Source: Candidatus Eiseniibacteriota bacterium
GTDB lineage: Bacteria; Eisenbacteria; RBG-16-71-46; CAVPCR01
Direction: 5' to 3'
Assembly: GCA_963702435.1 (NCBI GenBank)
Contig: CAVPCR010000005.1
Location: forward strand, 32,001 to 96,000
Length of the DNA: 64,000 nucleotides
This document shows, one piece after another, positions 60,175-64,000 of this stretch. The notes beneath the pieces were generated by a model. It did not search any database and was not told the origin of the DNA. It saw only the letters and a program-made list of their open reading frames with translations. A program made the position numbers and the translations under genes. Numbering within the stretch: position 1 is the stretch's first letter; each line of letters begins with the position of its first letter.

Positions 60175-60903
60175 ATGATTCTGCGTTCCTTCACCCGTAT
60201 GGCGATCGTGGCGGGGACCGCCGTCCTCGCGATGGCGGCGGCCGGCTGCGGCGGCGACTCGACGGGCCCCGAGAGCCCGCCCTATAGCCCGGTGCTCCCG
60301 GCCGCATGGGCCGACACGGTGAGCAATCCGTTCTTCAAGCTCACACCCGGCACGACCGCCGAGTTCGCCGGCCAGACCGATGAGGGCCTCGAGACCATCG
60401 TGATCGAGGTCACCGCCGACACGCGGGACGTGAACGGGGTCACGGCCACCGTGGTCCGCGACCGCGTGTATCTCGACGGCGAGCTGATCGAGGACACGTA
60501 CGACTGGTTCGCCCAGGATGACAAGGGCAACGTGTGGTACCTCGGCGAGGATTCGAAGGAGATCGAGAATGGCCAGGTCGTGAGCACCGAGGGCTCCTGG
60601 GAGTGGGGCGTCGACGACGCGCTGCCGGGGATCATCATGTGGAGCGATCCCGCCGCCCATGTCGGGGAGGACTACCGGCAGGAGTACTACGAGGATGAGG
60701 CGGAGGACTGGGGCAAGGTCGTCGCCCTCGACCAGGAGGTCACGGTTCCCTACGGCACCTTCACGGGCTGCACCCAGATCGAGGAGTGGAACGGCCTCGA
60801 GTCGGGCGGCCACGAGCAGAAGTACTACGCGCCCGGGATCGGAATCGTGCTCGAGGTCGGCGGCGACGAGCGCGTGGAGCTCGTCGAGCTCACCATGCCG
60901 TAG
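60175..60903 (+). CDS. Acidic beta-rich lipoprotein of unknown function
   Basis: Lipobox AAG-C, EDTYDWFAQDDKGNVWYLGE, GSWEWGVD and KYYAPGIG. Confidence 0.75.
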   Translation: MILRSFTRMAIVAGTAVLAMAAAGCGGDSTGPESPPYSPVLPAAWADTVSNPFFKLTPGTTAEFAGQTDEGLETIVIEVTADTRDVNGVTATVVRDRVYLDGELIEDTYDWFAQDDKGNVWYLGEDSKEIENGQVVSTEGSWEWGVDDALPGIIMWSDPAAHVGEDYRQEYYEDEAEDWGKVVALDQEVTVPYGTFTGCTQIEEWNGLESGGHEQKYYAPGIGIVLEVGGDERVELVELTMP

Positions 60904-60974
60904 AGCGGCGCGCGACACCCGCCGCGGTCCTGACCCCGTTCCCGCCGGCGACAGGCTCGGTGCGAGCGTCGAGT

Positions 60975-62300
60975 TCAGTCGGCGACCACCATCTTCCTGA
61001 CGGCGGACTCCCCGTTCGCCTCGACGCGATACCAGTACACGCCGGCGGCGACCGCGCCGCCTCCGGCATCGCGGCCGTCCCACATCCACTCATGCCGACC
61101 CGGCGGCCGCCGTCCGGCGAGGAATGCGCGGATCGTCCTCCCCTGCACATCGTGGATGTGCAGCGTCACGTCCGCTTCCCGCGGCAGCGTGTAGGCGAGG
61201 GTCATCATCCCGCGGAACGGATTCGGGTGGCTCTCCGCGACGAGCATGGCCCCCGGGGGCGCGGGTTCGCCGCCGGCGACGGCGGCAGGATCGCCCGTGT
61301 ACTTGTAGACGGTCTCCCCCACCGCGTAGCCCACGCTCGTACCGAGGAACCGGAAGCGATTCACGAGGGTGCCGAAGCTCGCGAGCTGCCAGCTCGCGCC
61401 GCCGTCCGTCGACTCGTAGGTCGCGCCCGGCCAGCCGCCGATCCAGCCGAGCTCGGGCGTGACGAAACCGATGCCTTGCTCCTCGATGCCCGGTGGGAAC
61501 GGACGGTCCTGCCAGGCGGCACCGCCGTCGGTCGTCTGGAGGAAATAGGTCGCGCCGCTGTGCCGTTCGAGCGACACGTAACCGATCGTCGGGGTCGGAA
61601 AGGAGATCTTCCAGCACCACTCGCCGAGCCGCGGACCGACGTAGCGCGTCGCCCACGTGTCTCCGCCGTCGGTCGTGGCCAGGACGACCGCCTGCCGCGT
61701 CACGAAGTCGCTCCGTCCGCCGACCACGAAACCATGGTCGCGATCGAAGAAGAAGCAGTCGACGGCCGAGCGGGCCCCGGCGGCGAGGTCGATGGACTTC
61801 CAGGTCGCGCCGCCGTTCGTGGTCTTGATCGCGCGCGCCGGCGCGTCGTAGCGGCCGCAGGCGTAGGCCACCGAGTCGTCGACCGCCCACATGCCGCAGA
61901 TCCCGGTGGGCTCCGGCGGCGAGATGGCGGTGACCGGAGTCCAGGTCGCGCCGCTGTCGGACGTCGCGTAGAGGAGCGGATTCCCGAACAAGGTGCCCGC
62001 CCATCCCTTCGCCTCGTTCACGAAGGTGCAGGCGCGAAAGTACGTCCCCGGCAGGTGGAGCTGACGCTCCCAGCTGTCCCCGCCGTCGGTCGTCCGGAAG
62101 ATCTCGCCATCCCCGTTCACGACCCAGCCCCAGGTCGGCGAGACGAACCAGATGTCGTCATGCCGGCTGCCGGCCGGAGTGGCCGGGGCGTTGGGGAGAG
62201 TGGTCCAGCCGGCGCCGGCGTCGCGCGCCGGCGCAATGGAGACGAGGAGGGCGGCGAGCAGAGCGGCGGCGAGCAGGCCGCAACGTGGGTGTCGCAACAT
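60975..62300 (-). CDS. Secreted YCF48/BNR-repeat beta-propeller protein with a FlgD-Ig CTD
   Basis: Repeated TTDGGxxW Asp-boxes, signal peptide and a PNPFRG CTD. Confidence 0.85.
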   Translation of the reverse strand: MLRHPRCGLLAAALLAALLVSIAPARDAGAGWTTLPNAPATPAGSRHDDIWFVSPTWGWVVNGDGEIFRTTDGGDSWERQLHLPGTYFRACTFVNEAKGWAGTLFGNPLLYATSDSGATWTPVTAISPPEPTGICGMWAVDDSVAYACGRYDAPARAIKTTNGGATWKSIDLAAGARSAVDCFFFDRDHGFVVGGRSDFVTRQAVVLATTDGGDTWATRYVGPRLGEWCWKISFPTPTIGYVSLERHSGATYFLQTTDGGAAWQDRPFPPGIEEQGIGFVTPELGWIGGWPGATYESTDGGASWQLASFGTLVNRFRFLGTSVGYAVGETVYKYTGDPAAVAGGEPAPPGAMLVAESHPNPFRGMMTLAYTLPREADVTLHIHDVQGRTIRAFLAGRRPPGRHEWMWDGRDAGGGAVAAGVYWYRVEANGESAVRKMVVAD

Positions 62301-62419
62301 GGATGGCTCCGGGCCCGGGCGGCCCTGCCGATCGGAGGCGGGCAGGGCGCGCCGGCGGTCCGTTCCATGGTACCGCAGTGCGGGGTCGCGCAAAAGGCGA
62401 GAGAGCGGAGATCAGTCGA

Positions 62420-63268
62420 TCAGAACAGGAAGCTCACGCCGAGGGTGGCCTCGATGTTGTTCGTCATCCGGCGCGTGAACTGGTTCCCGGTCTCGAAGCG
62501 GTGGTTGCGGAACTCGAGGCGGGCGCCGGTGTCGGGCTTGAGGAAGTAGGTCATGCCGGCGCCGGCGTTCCAGGCCAGCTCGGTCTTGGCATTGGAGGTG
62601 GCGGTGCCGATCCCGGCCGTCACGAACGGACTCAGACGGCGGCCGGTCAGGACGTGTGCGTTCAGGTTGGCCTGGTACTGGAATACCTGGTAGTCCCACT
62701 CCTCGAGCTGGAGGTCGAAGAGGTCCTCGACGAGGTCGCGGTCGCGGTGCACGCGCGTGAAGCCGACCCCTGCCTCGACCTCGAAGCGATCGCTCAGGTA
62801 ATAGCCCAGCCGGCCGCCGATGACCGCCGAGTTGGACTGCGACTCGGCCGAGTAGAGCCCGGTGACCGGGGTGAAGACGAAGCTCCGCTCGCGGTGATAG
62901 CGGCGCGGATCGGTCACGAAGTGCACGTCGGGGTCGAGGTCCTTGACTCGATCCGCAGACACCCAGCCGGTCTGACCGGGTTCGCACTCGACCGCATACC
63001 AGGTCCCGAGCCGCGCGACGACCGGGAGCTTCTCACCGGGCGCGGCCGTGGCGACGATCGCGTAGTCACCGCCGGGACCGGCGCGGAGGAGGACGGCATC
63101 ATCGCCGGCGACCTCGACCCGCTTGAGCGCGGCCGGCCGCTCTCCATCCCAGGGCGCGGTCGCGGACAGGTCCTCGACCCGCGGCTGCGCCGGCACCGCC
63201 GGCGCGCCGAACCCGGAAGCGAGGATGAGCGCCCCCGACACCCACAGCAACCGCCATCGCTGACGCAT
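62420..63268 (-). CDS. SH3b domain + outer-membrane beta-barrel protein
   Basis: Signal peptide, LRAGPGGDY.IV...WYAV...GWV (SH3b), amphipathic strands ending GVSFLF. GGAGG RBS. Confidence 0.78.
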   Translation of the reverse strand: MRQRWRLLWVSGALILASGFGAPAVPAQPRVEDLSATAPWDGERPAALKRVEVAGDDAVLLRAGPGGDYAIVATAAPGEKLPVVARLGTWYAVECEPGQTGWVSADRVKDLDPDVHFVTDPRRYHRERSFVFTPVTGLYSAESQSNSAVIGGRLGYYLSDRFEVEAGVGFTRVHRDRDLVEDLFDLQLEEWDYQVFQYQANLNAHVLTGRRLSPFVTAGIGTATSNAKTELAWNAGAGMTYFLKPDTGARLEFRNHRFETGNQFTRRMTNNIEATLGVSFLF

Positions 63269-63299
63269 CGCAACTTCCTCCGAACTGGAACGAAAACGA

Positions 63300-63929
63300 T
63301 CAGAACGAGAGCTCGATCCGCCCGGCCAGCGTCGGGCTCGCACGCCAGCGCGGCGCGACCTCGAATTCCGTGCCGTCGAGACGCGTCTCGTTGAGACGGA
63401 GACCCAGGACTCCGCCCTCCAGGCCGAGAGCCAGCCACGAGCGCGGGGAGAACGTGACCCCGGCGCCGCCGGTGAGGAGCGGCGCGTCGACGTCCGCGAG
63501 GACGACGGCGACCGGTTCCACGCCCGGAAAGGAGAGGAGCACGGCCTCGCTGCCATAGTCGAGATGCCAGAGACCGCCGCCGCCGAACGCGTAGAGCGGC
63601 CACCCCGGCGCGGGGCGGAAGCGCACGGCGCCGGCGGCATGCCAGATGCGGACCGCCGGATCGGACACGCTGTCGATCCCGAAGTGCGCACGCGCCGCCC
63701 CGGTCGCGACCTCGGCGGCAAGACCCAGGCGGCCGCGCGGCTCCCAGCCGGCGGCCACACCATAGAAGACATCCGCGTCGCGGAGACCCGTCTCCACCTG
63801 CGCGCGATGGAGCGCGACGAAGCGAAGCACGCTCCCCGCGTGGAGCTCGGCCGGGAGGTCCGCGCGCGCCGGAGCGGCCGCGAGCGCGAGGACGACCGGG
63901 ATCCAGGGGAGCGCACGCGGCATCTTCAT
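63300..63929 (-). CDS. Small outer-membrane beta-barrel protein
   Basis: Signal peptide, LYAFGGGG, GGAGVTF and terminal IELSF. Confidence 0.7.
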   Translation of the reverse strand: MKMPRALPWIPVVLALAAAPARADLPAELHAGSVLRFVALHRAQVETGLRDADVFYGVAAGWEPRGRLGLAAEVATGAARAHFGIDSVSDPAVRIWHAAGAVRFRPAPGWPLYAFGGGGLWHLDYGSEAVLLSFPGVEPVAVVLADVDAPLLTGGAGVTFSPRSWLALGLEGGVLGLRLNETRLDGTEFEVAPRWRASPTLAGRIELSF

Positions 63930-64000
63930 GGTCGTGCCTCGGCGCCCAGGACCAGGACGTCGTTCAGGATCCCGGCCTCCCTCCCGAGCGGCGTGATGAC
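63926..64000 (-). CDS. 3' end of an unidentified gene (partial)
   Basis: Open frame VITPLGREAGILNDVLVLGAEARP*, with an ATGA overlap onto the next gene. Confidence 0.5.
   Translation of the reverse strand, partial: VITPLGREAGILNDVLVLGAEARP

Overview
This is a high-GC (~70%) bacterial chromosomal window. Seven intact secreted proteins plus one fragment end in a FlgD-Ig/T9SS-like C-terminal domain (CTD), and one ends in an SWGxIK tail. That suggests an FCB-group diderm such as Eisenbacteria or Krumholzibacteriota (inference). Contents in order: (1) a GT4-fusion/GH130 pair and an outer-membrane barrel; (2) a ~21 kb beta-1,3-glucan utilisation locus with a glycan-binding lipoprotein, ROK repressor, GH16, Opp-type ABC transporter, GH-A enzyme fused to a probable beta-barrel, GH1, CBM-like proteins, GH149 phosphorylase and a GH16-like protein. 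Three copies of a palindromic operator lie at two TTGACA promoters, two of them overlapping the -10; (3) three tail-fibre-like secreted proteins with an N-terminal FTYQG domain, clustered with two small Gly-rich 'W-x-T-[IV]-DAGG...GFW' proteins that carry the CTD. A subtilase lies in the cluster, and an ECF sigma and a Ser/Thr kinase-NTPase-TPR gene lie upstream. This is the best candidate for an undescribed system; (4) an SNF2/YqhG-like pair, a deleted glucosylglycerate-synthase-like pseudogene, glycerate kinase and a second kinase-NTPase-TPR; (5) a sulfatase with its maturase; (6) a catalytically degenerate subtilase, TonB-dependent receptor, ECF/anti-sigma pair with a repeated promoter motif, and outer-membrane barrels. 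The 3.6-11.1 kb segment is full of single-base frameshifts, probably consensus errors. No rRNA, tRNA, CRISPR array, integrase or transposase was recognised. All family calls come from motif recognition, not database searches.
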